64,000 bases of DNA from Lepidodermella squamata (taxonomy: Eukaryota; Animalia; Gastrotricha). Made by a program: the position numbers and the translations under genes. How positions within the stretch are numbered: position 1 is the first letter of the stretch; the number at the start of each line of letters is the position of its first letter. Location of the stretch: the NCBI GenBank assembly GCA_047495785.1, contig JBLDXI010000012.1, positions 1,302,001 to 1,366,000 on the forward strand, written 5' to 3'. Shown piece after piece: positions 1 through 10,810 of this stretch. The notes beneath the pieces were generated by a model, which saw only the letters and a list, made by a program, of their open reading frames with translations, had not been told where the DNA came from and did no database searches.

Positions 1-459
1 GACAAATTCCGGCAGGCCTTTCGAAAGTTGTTATTTTGCGGTATTTTGAAGCGTTGGTGCGAGCGGCGCAAGCGGGTGCTCATAAAACGAGGCAGCCAGG
101 GTGGCTACGACATCCACAACGGCGCCTATCGAGAGATCGGCGACAACCAGGCGACGCTGTTCGGCCAGCAACAGACCGCTAATAATACCAGTGCTAATGT
201 TACGAACATGCCGCGAAATTTCTCGTCGCCCAATGTCATTCCTATCATCGTCGTGGGCAACAGTAATTCGAGCACGACGCCGTCCTACCCGCCGCCTGGG
301 CCGCCTAACATCGTGGCTACTACTGTACCTCGTTTGCAGGTTTTCAGCAACGGCTCGGCTAGTTACAGTAGTAATAACAACAACAACGGCCATGTTGCAA
401 GCAATGGCCGGCGAAGCAGTTTGAAAGGAATGCCGGACGTTGACGAACAGAAGCGGTAG
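1..459 (+). CDS. 3' end of a probable class A (rhodopsin-like) GPCR: helix 8 and cytoplasmic tail (gene starts upstream of the window)
   Basis: Frame is open from base 1 and reads DKFRQAFRKLLFCG, matching the FRxAFxxLLxC helix-8/palmitoylation pattern, followed by a low-complexity S/N/P-rich tail ending at TAG 457-459. Confidence 0.6.
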   Translation, partial: DKFRQAFRKLLFCGILKRWCERRKRVLIKRGSQGGYDIHNGAYREIGDNQATLFGQQQTANNTSANVTNMPRNFSSPNVIPIIVVGNSNSSTTPSYPPPGPPNIVATTVPRLQVFSNGSASYSSNNNNNGHVASNGRRSSLKGMPDVDEQKR

Positions 460-861
460 TGAAATCCTTCTACTCATTATAACCTCCAATCGGGTGAAGA
501 TGATTTCGGTAGAACAAATCATCGCCTCATAGAGATACTAAAATATACACCTTGATATAAAGCATTAAACTGGTACGCGTTATTTTTACTTTTTTATACG
601 AAAGTTTCGAAGGAATAAATGGGAAAATATTTGTGAAAACTGAATTTTTTCTTGTTCTTCGGAAGCGAACTTGCGATCATTTTTCAAGTTCCATTCATAT
701 GATGTTGGCATTAATTGGTTTGAAGCTTTTTAATGAAGATTGCTTCGTTTCAAAAATGATTGAATTCGAGTATTTATGCCGGTTCAAGCATAGCAGATTC
801 ATCATTCACTCGATTCTGCATTTTATTCGAAGATAAATTTTCACCAACTCTAATTTCAAAG

Positions 862-1453
862 ATGCGCGCTGTTTTTGCCTTAGCTGCTGTCGTCCTAATG
901 GCTTTTGGTAACTGAAATTTTCGAACTCCCAGAGAGTGATTAGTTTGTTGATGATATCTATACTATAGCTCTCTCCGAGGTTGAGGCTGGCCGTGGTAAC
1001 AAAGGCAAAAGCGTTTCGAAGAGCGTCTCGATCAGCGTGTCGTACAACCGGCAGCCGAAGAAGCACGCGATGAAGAAGCGCCCGGCCAAGAAGGCCTTCG
1101 TCGCTGGGCGCAAGCACCGCCGTGCCTCGTTCTCCAAGTCCGTGTCCGCGTCGGTGTCGGCCCGCACGAACAAGCACACCCGCAAGGTCTCCACCAAGAA
1201 GTTCATGCGCGTGCACAAGCGCGGATCCATGTCCGGCTCGTTCTCGCGGTCGGGCTCCTTCGGCGGCTACAACAAGAAGGGCGGCAACAAGCGCCACGGT
1301 GGCAAGAAGTTCGGTGGCAAGAAGTTTGGCGGAAAGAAGCACGGTGGCAAGCACGGCAAGGGCCGCAAGGGCAGCAAGAGCGGCAGCTACTCGGCCTCCA
1401 ACAACTTCTCCTACTCGGTTGCCGTCGAGACCGGTGCTGCTCCCAGCAAATAA
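862..1453 (+). CDS. Secreted polybasic (Ser-X)n protein, copy K1 (exons 862-907, 969-1453)
   Basis: Exon 1 encodes signal peptide MRAVFALAAVVLMAF; phase-1 GT-AG intron at 908-968; exon 2 is near-identical to six other copies and has strong C/G third-position bias. Confidence 0.9.
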
Positions 1454-2009
1454 ATGAGAATTTATATTGAAAACTGTATGGCTCAGGCTGAATAATTATG
1501 ATTGATTTTGAATAAATTATAGAAGTATGAAAAATCTTAGCTTCTCTTGCGATACCGCGTCAGGGAGGGTCGGAAAACGTGTGTTCTTCACAATAGCTGC
1601 TGATAAGTTGAACGTGCATCCCATTTCAAGGCCATTTTGGGGATCCATAATTGCACAATAGAGATGAAGATCACGAGCCCATGAGGACAACATGTTTGAG
1701 ACAAACATTTCCATTTCTAAAATGAAAAATTTTGTCGCTCGAAATTTTTTATCTCGTTAGATAGTGGCTCGGCTGGTATTATTATCGCCATATTACTACA
1801 GAAACCCACTTTTATTGAATACTTATTCAAATGGTTATCAGAGGGTTATGAGATCGACACAATCATGGATATGAACTAAAATCGCTTACAATTTCAACCT
1901 CCTGGCTGAATCTACTGCCAAAGCCACGCCAAGTTTTTCTTTGTGTCACAATAGCTTCAATCGCGTGCAGCGCGAAAGCACGAGCCGGTGGACTATACTT
2001 CGCGAATCT

Positions 2010-2043
2010 AATCGCGTGGCGTTGTTGACGCAGGCCCTATAAA
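2010..2043 (+). promoter_or_regulatory. sHSP core promoter: AATCGCGTG motif plus TATAAA (2038-2043)
   Basis: The same AATCGCGTG...TATAAA arrangement precedes all three sHSP copies, including copy B (26599-26631), whose promoter is otherwise diverged. Confidence 0.6.
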
Positions 2044-2153
2044 TTGCGATTTATTTTTTCGTTTAAATCATCACCTGCTTTTGCAATTTAAAGCTCACAG
2101 CAATCTTCTCGCTTTCATTTTCGTTCGTGTTTTGATCCTTCTCAAACTCTAAA

Positions 2154-3460
2154 ATGGCCTGCTCATACACCTCGATCCCCTCGACCTTCGCCGCTGCCTC
2201 TGGCTACACCAGCCCGATGAACGTCGAGAGCCTGCTCCGCAACAAGGTCGACATCTACTCGCCGTCGTCTGTTGAGCGCAGCCTCATCAACGCCGCCGTC
2301 CCGACCCCGTTCGCCGCCGCCGGCATCCACAACGTCAACGCCTTCGCCTCGTCCCCGATCGCCTACAACACCTTCGCCTCGCCGATCGAGTGCGGAGCCG
2401 AGACCGGCCGCGTCTTCGGTGCCGAGTGCGGTGCCCAGCTGGCCGCCATCGTCGCCGCCCGCCTCAACACCTTCGTCGGCCAGGAGGTGGCCGTCCGCAT
2501 CGGCGCCCAGTGGGGAGCCGAGATGTGCGCCAAGCTGGGTGCCGAGCTCGCCGTCAAGCTCGTCAACGGCTGGCCGGTCGAGCAGTGCGCCCGCTGGTGC
2601 TACACCTTCGGAGCCGAGCACGGCGCCGAACTGGGTGCCATCATCGCCCAGCGCCTGGGTGCCATCTACACCGCCGAGTTCGCCGCCCGCATCGGCGCCG
2701 AGCTCTTCGCCGACGTCTGCGCCAAGCAGTGCTACGTCATCGCCGCCCGCGTCGCCGAGTCGCGCTTCGGTGGTGCCCGCCTCGCCAACAACTGGACCGG
2801 CTCGTTCGAGCGCTTCGGTGGCCTCAACTACCCGACCACCTTCGGCCCCTTCGGCGCCAACACCTGGTCGAACAGCCTGTCGGCTGACAACAAGCTGTAC
2901 AACATCGCCTTCCGCCCGTCCTCCGAGGTCGAGCTCTACACCCTGACCCACCCGATCCGCATGATCGACGTCGAGGGCAACCGCCAGCTGTACCTGTGCT
3001 TCGAGCTCAAGGGCTTCAAGCCTGAGGAAGTCACCGTCACCCTGAACAAGGCCGAGCGCGCCGTCGTCGTCGAGGCTGCCCACGAGGCCAAGGACGGCAA
3101 GGAGCACACCGTCACCCGCAAGTACTCGCGCAAGTTCGTCCTGCCCGAGGTTAGTAAATCATTTCAATTTCAATCAACACTGACTTTAAGCTTTCTTTAT
3201 CTTTCTAGACCCTTGCCAAGATCGACCTGACCAAGGTTGAGCTCAAGTCGTGCCTGACCCAGGAGGGCCACCTCGTCGTCGAGTGCCAGCTGCCGAAGAT
3301 GACCACCGAGGAGATCGCCAAGTGCCCGACCATGTCCGAGCTGTACAACAAGCTGCCCGCCTTCGGAGGCTTCAACGCCGCCGTCCAGGCCTTCGGTGGC
3401 ATCAACGCCATCAACCGCCGTACCTGCGATGTCAAGCCCGTCACCGTCAAGACCGCCTAA
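2154..3460 (+). CDS. Small heat-shock (alpha-crystallin domain) protein with long N-terminal extension, copy A (exons 2154-3149, 3209-3460; ~415 aa)
   Basis: ACD motifs FELKGFKPEEVTV, RKYSRKFVLPE and KSCLTQEGHLVVEC; C-terminal V-T-V (IXI/V-type) motif; phase-0 GT-AG intron. Confidence 0.9.
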
Positions 3461-3787
3461 ATGAAATCTAACGAGAAGATGAGCTATAATGCGCAATGCT
3501 AAAGAACTTTGCTTGAGAGAAATTGTGATACCATTCGCCATTTGATGTGATACTCTTGTGTTATTTGCAGTTTTCTCAATACAGTAAAACAAGATATGTT
3601 GCGTAAAAATGGTCCGATTCCTACTTTATTGCAAAAACTGAGCAAAATCGACAAAGACGAAGTTCGCCTCCACGCCGTGAGGCAATTTTTTGCACAAATC
3701 AATACATTTTTATATGCAAATGATCTATCTGGTTACTGGATGCGAGACCGCAGAAGGCCTTCCAAAAAAATTTGCTACTTTAATTTT

Positions 3788-4020
3788 AAGATCATACTTC
3801 TTGGGATCATTTCTTTATGTAGATTTGCCCCAACGTCAGCCTCATCTGACGACAAACCCAAACCGCGATGACGAGACGTGGTGACTGGCCCTGAGCGCGA
3901 ACTTGGCCGCACTTGACTGGCTATCATTAGCCGGTCTAGTCGGCCGTTGATGAACGTTCCGGCCTGGTGGCTCTTTAATTAGGGCCACTTCCGGAGGGGT
4001 CAGTCGCTTTCAGAGCGGCT
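3788..4020 (+). ncRNA. U3: U3 snoRNA, copy 1
   Basis: 5' AAGATCATACTTC..GGATCATTTCT (boxes A'/A), box C' GATGACGA, box B GAGCGCGAA, box C TTGATGAA, box D-like CAGA closed by a CCGC/GCGG terminal stem, then a T-run; ~233 nt; second copy at 41225. Confidence 0.88.
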
Positions 4021-4778
4021 TTTTTTAAATAGAAGCAAAACTTTACTTTCGAACCTGTTTTATGTAGCTGATAGTCATAAAATCAGTATTTTCCCTCTAA
4101 TTAGTTGTCTCTAAATATCAGTATATCTCCATCGAGCAAAGAATGAGATCGAACGTCCACTTTCTTGTTGGTAAAAATTTGTTCTTGTTGGTACCTGAAA
4201 AACGCCACCTTGCAGTAGGGTTCTGCTGACATTGACTAATGGCCACTGTCACCTGGAGTAAACCGCGCTTAATCAAGGCTTGCTTCGATTCAGTTTGCGA
4301 ACCTTCCCAGATTATCGTAGGGATGATTTCCAGTTTTCGAGGTTCAATATCGAGTTCGAATTTAGGGATGTCTTCTCGAGCTTTACTGATTCAACAAGAC
4401 AGGGCTAGGCCAACGGGCAACGGGTGCTAACAAAGGGGACAACAATTTAATTGGATCCGTTGCTTCATGTATAAGGCGCAATAGTTACTTATGAAGCCTG
4501 GTTTTTGGTAAATCAGCTGCTCGAAAATATATGGTGAACTAATTTGACGACTATATTCGGGTTTTTCAATCCAATTACCAGTTGAAGACCGCATATAAAT
4601 TTCTACTGACCAATTAGCTGAAAATTTGTGGTTGATGATTATACTGAATTTCAATTATTTCCTGCGCTTCGATAAATGGCAGTTGCGGTATAAAAGGACG
4701 ATGGATGTTGAAGAAAAACATCAATCCAGCTCGATTTGAAATAATATATAATTTTCCCTCCGAGATTAAACCTTGAAG

Positions 4779-5360
4779 ATGCGTGCTGTTTTCGCTTTTG
4801 CTGCTGTCGTTCTTTTAGCCCTCGGTAAATCTCTGAACACATCGTCTGGTTCAATAATCCAACTCGTTTTTTTACTTTCAGCTTTCTCCGAAGCCGAGGC
4901 TGGCCGCGGAAATAAGGGCAAAAGTGTCTCGAAGAGCGTCTCGATCAGCGTGTCGTACAACCGGCAGCCGAAGAAGCACGCGATGAAGAAGCGGCCGGCC
5001 AAGAAGGCCTTCGTCGCTGGGCGCAAGCACCGCCGTGCCTCGTTCTCCAAGTCCGTGTCCGCGTCGGTGTCGGCCCGCACGAACAAGCACACCCGCAAGG
5101 TCTCCACCAAGAAGTTCATGCGCGTGCACAAGCGCGGATCCATGTCCGGCTCGTTCTCGCGATCGGGCTCCTTCGGCGGCTACAACAAGAAGCATGGCAA
5201 CAAGAAGGGCCACGGTGGCAAGAAGTTTGGTGGCAAGAAAGGCAAGAAGGGTGGCAAGCACGGCAAGGGTCGCAAGGGCAGCAAGAGCGGCAGCTACTCG
5301 GCCTCCAACAACTTCTCCTACTCGGTTGCCGTCGAAACCGGTGCTGCTCCCAGCAAATAA
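4779..5360 (+). CDS. Secreted polybasic (Ser-X)n protein, copy K2 (exons 4779-4824, 4882-5360)
   Basis: Same signal-peptide exon and phase-1 intron as the other copies; upstream TATAAAA; downstream AATAAA. Confidence 0.9.
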   Translation: MRAVFAFAAVVLLALGKSLNTSSGSIIQLVFLLSAFSEAEAGRGNKGKSVSKSVSISVSYNRQPKKHAMKKRPAKKAFVAGRKHRRASFSKSVSASVSARTNKHTRKVSTKKFMRVHKRGSMSGSFSRSGSFGGYNKKHGNKKGHGGKKFGGKKGKKGGKHGKGRKGSKSGSYSASNNFSYSVAVETGAAPSK

Positions 5361-5615
5361 ATAATTTCAATAAAAACTTTGCTTCAAAGATGATAATTTA
5401 TTCCATGATCTGAAATCTGAAGAATAAAATACAGAAATATCTCTATACTCCAGTATATCCTAATATTGCAATTGATTTGGAGGATGAAGGGAGCCCATTT
5501 TAGGAAAGAAATTAGCATTATTCAGCTAATTCCATTTTGAATATACAAATGAGACCGGTCGAAATCTCATCGCAATTTGTTTCGGTATTTATGGCCGGTC
5601 CGATTGTGTCAGAAT

Positions 5616-5632
5616 GTCAATCTTCGGATTGG

Positions 5633-5671
<39 letters not shown>

Positions 5672-5722
5672 GGCCCCTGCGCAAGGATGACACGCAAAAT
5701 CGTGAAGCGTTCCATATTTTTT
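5616..5722 (+). ncRNA. U6: U6 spliceosomal snRNA, copy 1
   Basis: 5' hairpin GTCAATC-TTCG-GATTGGC, ACAGAGA box, AGC triad, ISL GGCCCCTGCGCAAGGATGAC, 3' CGTTCCATATTTT Pol III terminator; ~107 nt. Confidence 0.97.
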
Positions 5723-5927
5723 TTCTTTATTTCACATTTCACAGTCGTAAAATAATTGCAAAATATGGACTGTATTGCATGATAGAAACGCCTGCATCTA
5801 AATATCTTCCGTGGCTTTGTACCCTGCGGCGTGTAAATTATCTGAAAATATTTGATCACCACTAAAATTCCAATTTTAATGTTATTTGATCAACAAGGTC
5901 CAGGCGAAACTCATTTTATCCATCGGT

Positions 5928-5991
5928 GTTACCTTAGCAACGATACATTACCTTAGCACGTTACGAACGTAACGAACGTTACCTTAGCACC
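5928..5991. repeat. Short tandem repeat cluster (TTACCTTAGCA x3 with ACGAACGT units)
   Basis: Directly visible repeats. Confidence 0.6.
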
Positions 5992-6493
5992 ATTTTACTT
6001 GGTAATTTGTGGTTCAATTTTTTTCAAAATTAAAATTAAATCTTTTCATCAGGATTCAGTCACTGGTTGCAAGCTGGCGACTCGTTCCGCGCTTTAATCT
6101 ATCCGACCTCTGTTCTTTTAGTCTCGGAATAATCAAAATTAGCGCCTCCGTTTACGCAATCGCCCCAACTTTTGATACCGATAGAGTTTCATTCATCTAC
6201 GGCTTGGTCAGATTATTGGACCTTTGGCTGCCGGATTTCCAGCTACAACACTTCCGTTCGGCCTTTGGTGGGTTTCTTCGTTGCCTTACACTTACAACTA
6301 CCGAACTCAGCTGCCTATAATAATTCTGCAATTGCAAGTCAACCGTGAGTTTAATACTCACAATTTCCGTTAAAAGAAAATGACATCACAAATGTTTTTC
6401 ATTTTTTCAAGCTTTTATTTTGAAAAAATGCACATCAACATGGAAAATTAAATCACTAGATAAAAGTCAGTCTATTATTAGTTCAAGTAATCT

Positions 6494-8434
6494 TTAATCA
6501 ACTTCTTCGACAGTCGGGCCACGGTTGGTTGACGTCGAGCCAGCCGAGCGTGACTGATTGCCGCCGTCGGCCTTGCCAGGGTTGCTCGAAGAGCTGTTGC
6601 CGCCATGCAGTTTCGCCATAATTGGCGAGCAGACCTTCTGCAATTCCTGCGACTTGTACTCGATCTCGTCCTTCTCGGCGGTCGTGTTGCGATCGAGCCA
6701 CGAAATCACCTCCTGGCACTTGTCCTTGACAGTCTGCTTGTCACTCGCCGGCACATTCTCGCCCGCATCATCAACGGCTTGCTTGTACGAGTAGGCAAGG
6801 TGTTCGAGGCCGTTTCGAGCCGCAACTCGTTCCCGCTGCTTGTCGTCGTCGGCCTTGAATTTCTCGGCCTGAGCCACCATTCGCTCGACTTCTTCCTTCG
6901 ACAGCCGCTTTTCGTTCGTGATTTTGATCTTGTTCGATTTTCCAGTCGCCTTTTCGACGGCTGAAACGTTGAGGATGCAATTCGCGTCGATGTCGAACGT
7001 GACCTCGATTTGCGGGACACCGCGAGGCGCCGGCGGGATTCCGGTCAGGTCGAAGCGGCCCAACAAGTTGTTGTCCTTCGTCATCGCTCGCTCGCCCTCG
7101 TAGACCTGGATCGTCACGGCCGATTGATTGTCCGAGTACGTCGTAAAGGTCTGTGTGGCTCGAGTCGGCACTTTCGAATTGCGCTCCAGCAACTTCGCCA
7201 TCACCCCTCCAGCGGTTTCGATGCCGAGACTGAGCGGGATAACATCGACCAGCAGGACATCCTTGACAGTGTTGTCGGTCACGCCTGAGAGAATTGCAGC
7301 TTGAACAGCGGCGCCATACGCGACGGCCTCGTCCGGGTTGATCGACTTGTTGAGAGGCTTGCCCATGAAGTCGGTCAATAGCTTCTGCACCTTCGGAATG
7401 CGAGTCGAACCACCGACAAGCACGACCTCGTCGATCTTTGACTTGTCCAGCTTGGCATCTCGCAGGGCCTGCTCGACTGGTTGCATCGTCTTCTGGAACA
7501 GATCATTGCACAGCTCTTCGAAGCGAGCTCGCGTGATTTTCGAGTAGAAATCGACGCCTTCGTGCAGCGAGTCGATCTCGATGTTCGCCTCGGTGCTGCT
7601 CGACAGGGCTCGTTTCGCGCGTTCGCAGGCGGTTCGAAGGCGGCGCAGGGCTCGCGAGTTCTTCGATATGTCCTTGCCGTATTTCCGCTTGAATTCGTCG
7701 ACGAAGAAGTTGACCATGCGATTGTCAAAGTCCTCACCGCCCAGGTGAGTGTCGCCTGACGTAGCCAGCACTTCGAAGACACCGCCATCAACTGACAGGA
7801 TAGAAACATCGAAGGTTCCACCGCCAAGGTCGAAAATTAGGACCTTTTTCTCCTGCGACTGATGTTGTTTGTCGAGCCCGTAGGCGAGAGCAGCCGCCGT
7901 CGGCTCGTTAATGATTCGCATGACGTTGAGACCAGCAATCGCACCAGCGTCTTTCGTCGCCAGTCGCTGCGAGTCGTTAAAGTAGGCCGGAACCGTGATG
8001 ACGACATCGCGCACCTTGTGGCCCAGGTACGCCTCGGCGGTCTCTTTCATCTTGAGTAAGACCATGGACGAAATTTCCTCGGGCGCGAATCGCTTCGGCT
8101 CGCCCTTGTACTCGACCTCGATTTTCGGCTTGCCCGCCTCGTTGACAACCTTGAACGGCCAGTGCTTCATGTCGCTTTGGACGATCGGGTCGTCGAACCG
8201 CCGGCCGATGAGCCGCTTCGCGTCGAATACCGTGTTCTGCGGGTTCATCGCGACCTGGTTCTTGGCGCCGTCGCCGATCAGTCGCTCGTTGTCGGTGAAC
8301 GCGACGTAGCTGGGCGTCGTTCGGTTGCCCTGGTCGTTGGCAATTATTTCGACCTTGCCATTCTGGTAGACACCGACGCAAGAATACGTCGTGCCCAGGT
8401 CAATGCCAATAGCTCGTGAAGTTGATGTAGACAT
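6494..8434 (-). CDS. hsp70: Cytosolic, probably stress-inducible Hsp70 (intronless)
   Basis: Signatures [22 protein letters not shown] and [14 protein letters not shown]; C-terminal GPTVEEVD; first ATG at 8434 (the ORF track begins at an upstream non-ATG codon). Confidence 0.97.
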   Translation of the reverse strand: MSTSTSRAIGIDLGTTYSCVGVYQNGKVEIIANDQGNRTTPSYVAFTDNERLIGDGAKNQVAMNPQNTVFDAKRLIGRRFDDPIVQSDMKHWPFKVVNEAGKPKIEVEYKGEPKRFAPEEISSMVLLKMKETAEAYLGHKVRDVVITVPAYFNDSQRLATKDAGAIAGLNVMRIINEPTAAALAYGLDKQHQSQEKKVLIFDLGGGTFDVSILSVDGGVFEVLATSGDTHLGGEDFDNRMVNFFVDEFKRKYGKDISKNSRALRRLRTACERAKRALSSSTEANIEIDSLHEGVDFYSKITRARFEELCNDLFQKTMQPVEQALRDAKLDKSKIDEVVLVGGSTRIPKVQKLLTDFMGKPLNKSINPDEAVAYGAAVQAAILSGVTDNTVKDVLLVDVIPLSLGIETAGGVMAKLLERNSKVPTRATQTFTTYSDNQSAVTIQVYEGERAMTKDNNLLGRFDLTGIPPAPRGVPQIEVTFDIDANCILNVSAVEKATGKSNKIKITNEKRLSKEEVERMVAQAEKFKADDDKQRERVAARNGLEHLAYSYKQAVDDAGENVPASDKQTVKDKCQEVISWLDRNTTAEKDEIEYKSQELQKVCSPIMAKLHGGNSSSSNPGKADGGNQSRSAGSTSTNRGPTVEEVD

Positions 8435-8558
8435 TGCAGGGATAATCAAGCAATATCAGTGAAACAATGGTTTAAAAGCGCAGTTGAAAACTTGTAGAAA
8501 GATTGCAAGTTCGATTTTGCTTTGAGAGAGGATGCTGAGGGTCAGCGGCCTTCGGGAA

Positions 8559-8622
8559 TATATACTGATTAAAGAACATTCTAGATAAATCAAGAAAATT
8601 CCAGAATGTTCGAGAATGTTCT
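8559..8622 (-). promoter_or_regulatory. Hsp70 promoter: TATA box and heat-shock elements
   Basis: TATATA at 8559-8564; alternating nGAAn/nTTCn arrays GAAcaTTC (8574) and GAAaaTTCcaGAAtgTTCgaGAAtgTTC (8594-8621). Confidence 0.9.
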
Positions 8623-9175
8623 TTCGCACTAAGCACCCTTTATTACTTGATCAGTTAGCACGCACAACACAATGCTCACGCACATTGAGTCAAATGAAAA
8701 ATACCTATTAAATGAAAAATGAATGACCTCATTTCACGTGTTATTCTATCATTGCTTTATCACCCATCTCTTTGTGTTATAAAGGGAAAGGTGGCCCGTG
8801 GCTGATCTCCTTACCAGATGATTAGGCCTTCTTTCATGGGCAGTCCAAATTATTCTCGAGCCGAACTCCACCGTTGGCATGCCGACTACTCCCTTACTAC
8901 TCCCGCGGCTCCATCAAATTTTTCGTCAATAATAATTAATGAATTTTATGTATCGAGCGGTGTTCAAGACGACGCCTCACTTCTGAGCTTGGCCACTGTC
9001 GTTATCACTGGCATCATTCTTTCACGCATCGCTCTCGCTGTAATCATGGGTCCCATGTCGAAAACGATGTTTGATATTTTACAAAAATCTAAACGCGGTA
9101 CGAAATCGGGCGATTGGTCAGCGATGCAACTGCCTCAACTTTGGGTGCGTGCGAATGACACTCTATAAACGGTAA

Positions 9176-9745
9176 AACTGCTACTAAAACAGACACAAAA
9201 TCTGCTATTATTTCGCGCGAAGTGCTACTAAATCTGTCTGAGTGCGCATAAAACGTTAAGTGTGTTGATAAAGCAGGTAATATGACACTAAATGTGGAGA
9301 AGTGCCACTATTTTGACAAAACCGCTGGTACTTTGGGAATCTGATGGTAAATTGGAAAAATTGCTAAATAAACGAGATATCTTAATCGTGGTGATTGGCA
9401 TGGAAATGACTGCCGCATACACGAATGCCTTGACTTTTCTGTTCTCGAATCTAAGAAGGCTAGTTTTGACCAATCATTGCAAGTTTTAGCCGAAGTTTTA
9501 GCCCCCATCCATTTCGAAAAAAACTTTCGTTTTGAAAATCGACTATTGGAATCGATATTAGTTCTACAGTTCCAATAATTCGTAAAGCCAACTGGAATAA
9601 TTAAAACTTCCATTCACTAAGTTTTTCAGCATAATAGCGCATTTCTCAAACTAGTAGCAATTGCGCGAATTAGTAGCAATTTACACGATTTAAGCAGTTT
9701 ACCTAATTTAGTAGCACTTTTACCCATTTTAGTAGCGCATTTATT
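9176..9745. mobile_element. Possible non-autonomous DNA element with inverted subterminal motifs
   Basis: GCTACTA copies on the left (9180, 9224) and four TAGTAGC copies on the right (9652-9737); true termini not resolved. Confidence 0.3.
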
Positions 9746-10810
9746 TTCACTCCTCAACTTTCGAAGCCTTCGACAGGACTAGATCTTAATTCAAGCTCCA
9801 TTGTATCTGGTATATTTTGTGTTTTTTTTTAATTTTTATTACAATTTTTCAATATTTTTTAGCGATTTACAACAGTCTGGTCACTCTTGCAGGCTTCATC
9901 GGTGTTGCTTTTTCGTGTCCTTGCGTTGATAAATACTATTACCCCGTCACCAGTTCGAACTTGTCAGGTTCCATCGGAATTGCCGCCGTAGTAGTAGCGC
10001 TTGCTCTTCTCGGCAGTATTATCGTCAAATCAGCCGGCATTTGACTGATCAAGGTCTTGGCCTTACCGTAGGATTGGCCGCTCAGATCGCGCAACCGGGA
10101 ATCAAGGTAGGCGGCAAGCAGGAGCCCCGCGTCTTCAGCTGCTCGGGGAGCCGAGTTTCAAGGCGAGTCGCCACGTCGAGACGAAGACGACGCAAATCGT
10201 TGCTCTGAAATTCGGCGTCGTCACGCAGTAGGTAATTGATGGAATGGCGAATTGCGACGACGACGATTCCGCAGTGTGCATCAGCCACCTTACAATTAGA
10301 TAAAAATCAATTTTAGTACAAAGAAGTACATATTCATTACATTTTGACTCGCAAACTGATCGCTGATCGCAAACAGCGACTAATGCGCGGTGCGCGGAAT
10401 AGTGAGATATAAAATAATTGAGACCCTATCAGGAAGGCGTGTAACTGGAAAACCCATGTTGAGAACTTTTAGGGCTCAAACTCAAATTCGGAGCTGGAAC
10501 GACCATGAATTTAGAGTGTGCCATTCCATGAACGATGTTCAGATTGATTTGGCCGGAAAAGAAGTACAAGTGCTAAGGTTTTGAACTCTCGGGACGCATT
10601 ACATTTTTAATTTGACTGACAACAATTTTAACAGATATGACTTTCATTATGAGAATGTCAATGATCAGCACCCCATTAGGAGCGTCATTATAAGCTACGC
10701 TTCGAAAAATGGTTCTGACGCTATATAATCTCGACGAGATATAGAGAAGTAGCATCAATCCAATTCCATTCGAACTATTTATCCTCTCTTTCTCTTTCAA
10801 AACCAAAAAG

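Noticed and set aside
1260-1380. GGKK repeats as a neuropeptide precursor (Gly plus dibasic amidation sites)
   Set aside because: Products would be only 1-3 residues and there are no acidic spacers; some convertase processing cannot be excluded.
862-1453. Basic protein as histone H1, protamine or a ribosomal protein
   Set aside because: All seven copies have a conserved hydrophobic signal-peptide exon, an intron and polyadenylation-type signals; there is no winged-helix domain or histone stem-loop.
2163-3107. Long antisense and alternative-frame ORFs over the sHSP, basic-protein and Hsp70 genes
   Set aside because: Expected by-product of extreme C/G third-position bias, which removes stops from other frames; no independent start or splice signals.
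3655-3700. Spliced-leader or other Sm-class RNA (AATTTTTTG after a short hairpin)
   Set aside because: The Sm-like site is not conserved in the other two copies, and there is no conserved splice donor or 3' stem-loop.
4011-4027. Pol III transcription of U3, suggested by the T7 run
   Set aside because: U-rich 3' trailers also follow Pol II-transcribed animal U3 genes, and no TATA box is present near -30.
5614-5865. Recurrent peptide SIFGLAYTKIGTIQRRLAWPLRKDDTQNREAFHIF in four ORFs
   Set aside because: It is the translation of the U6 snRNA sequence; flanking parts of the ORFs are not conserved.
9860-10290. Minus-strand coding-like segment with a weak BESS-like motif (AYLDSRLRDL...KAKTLISQM)
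   Set aside because: No continuous frame or complete gene model; at best a decayed fragment.
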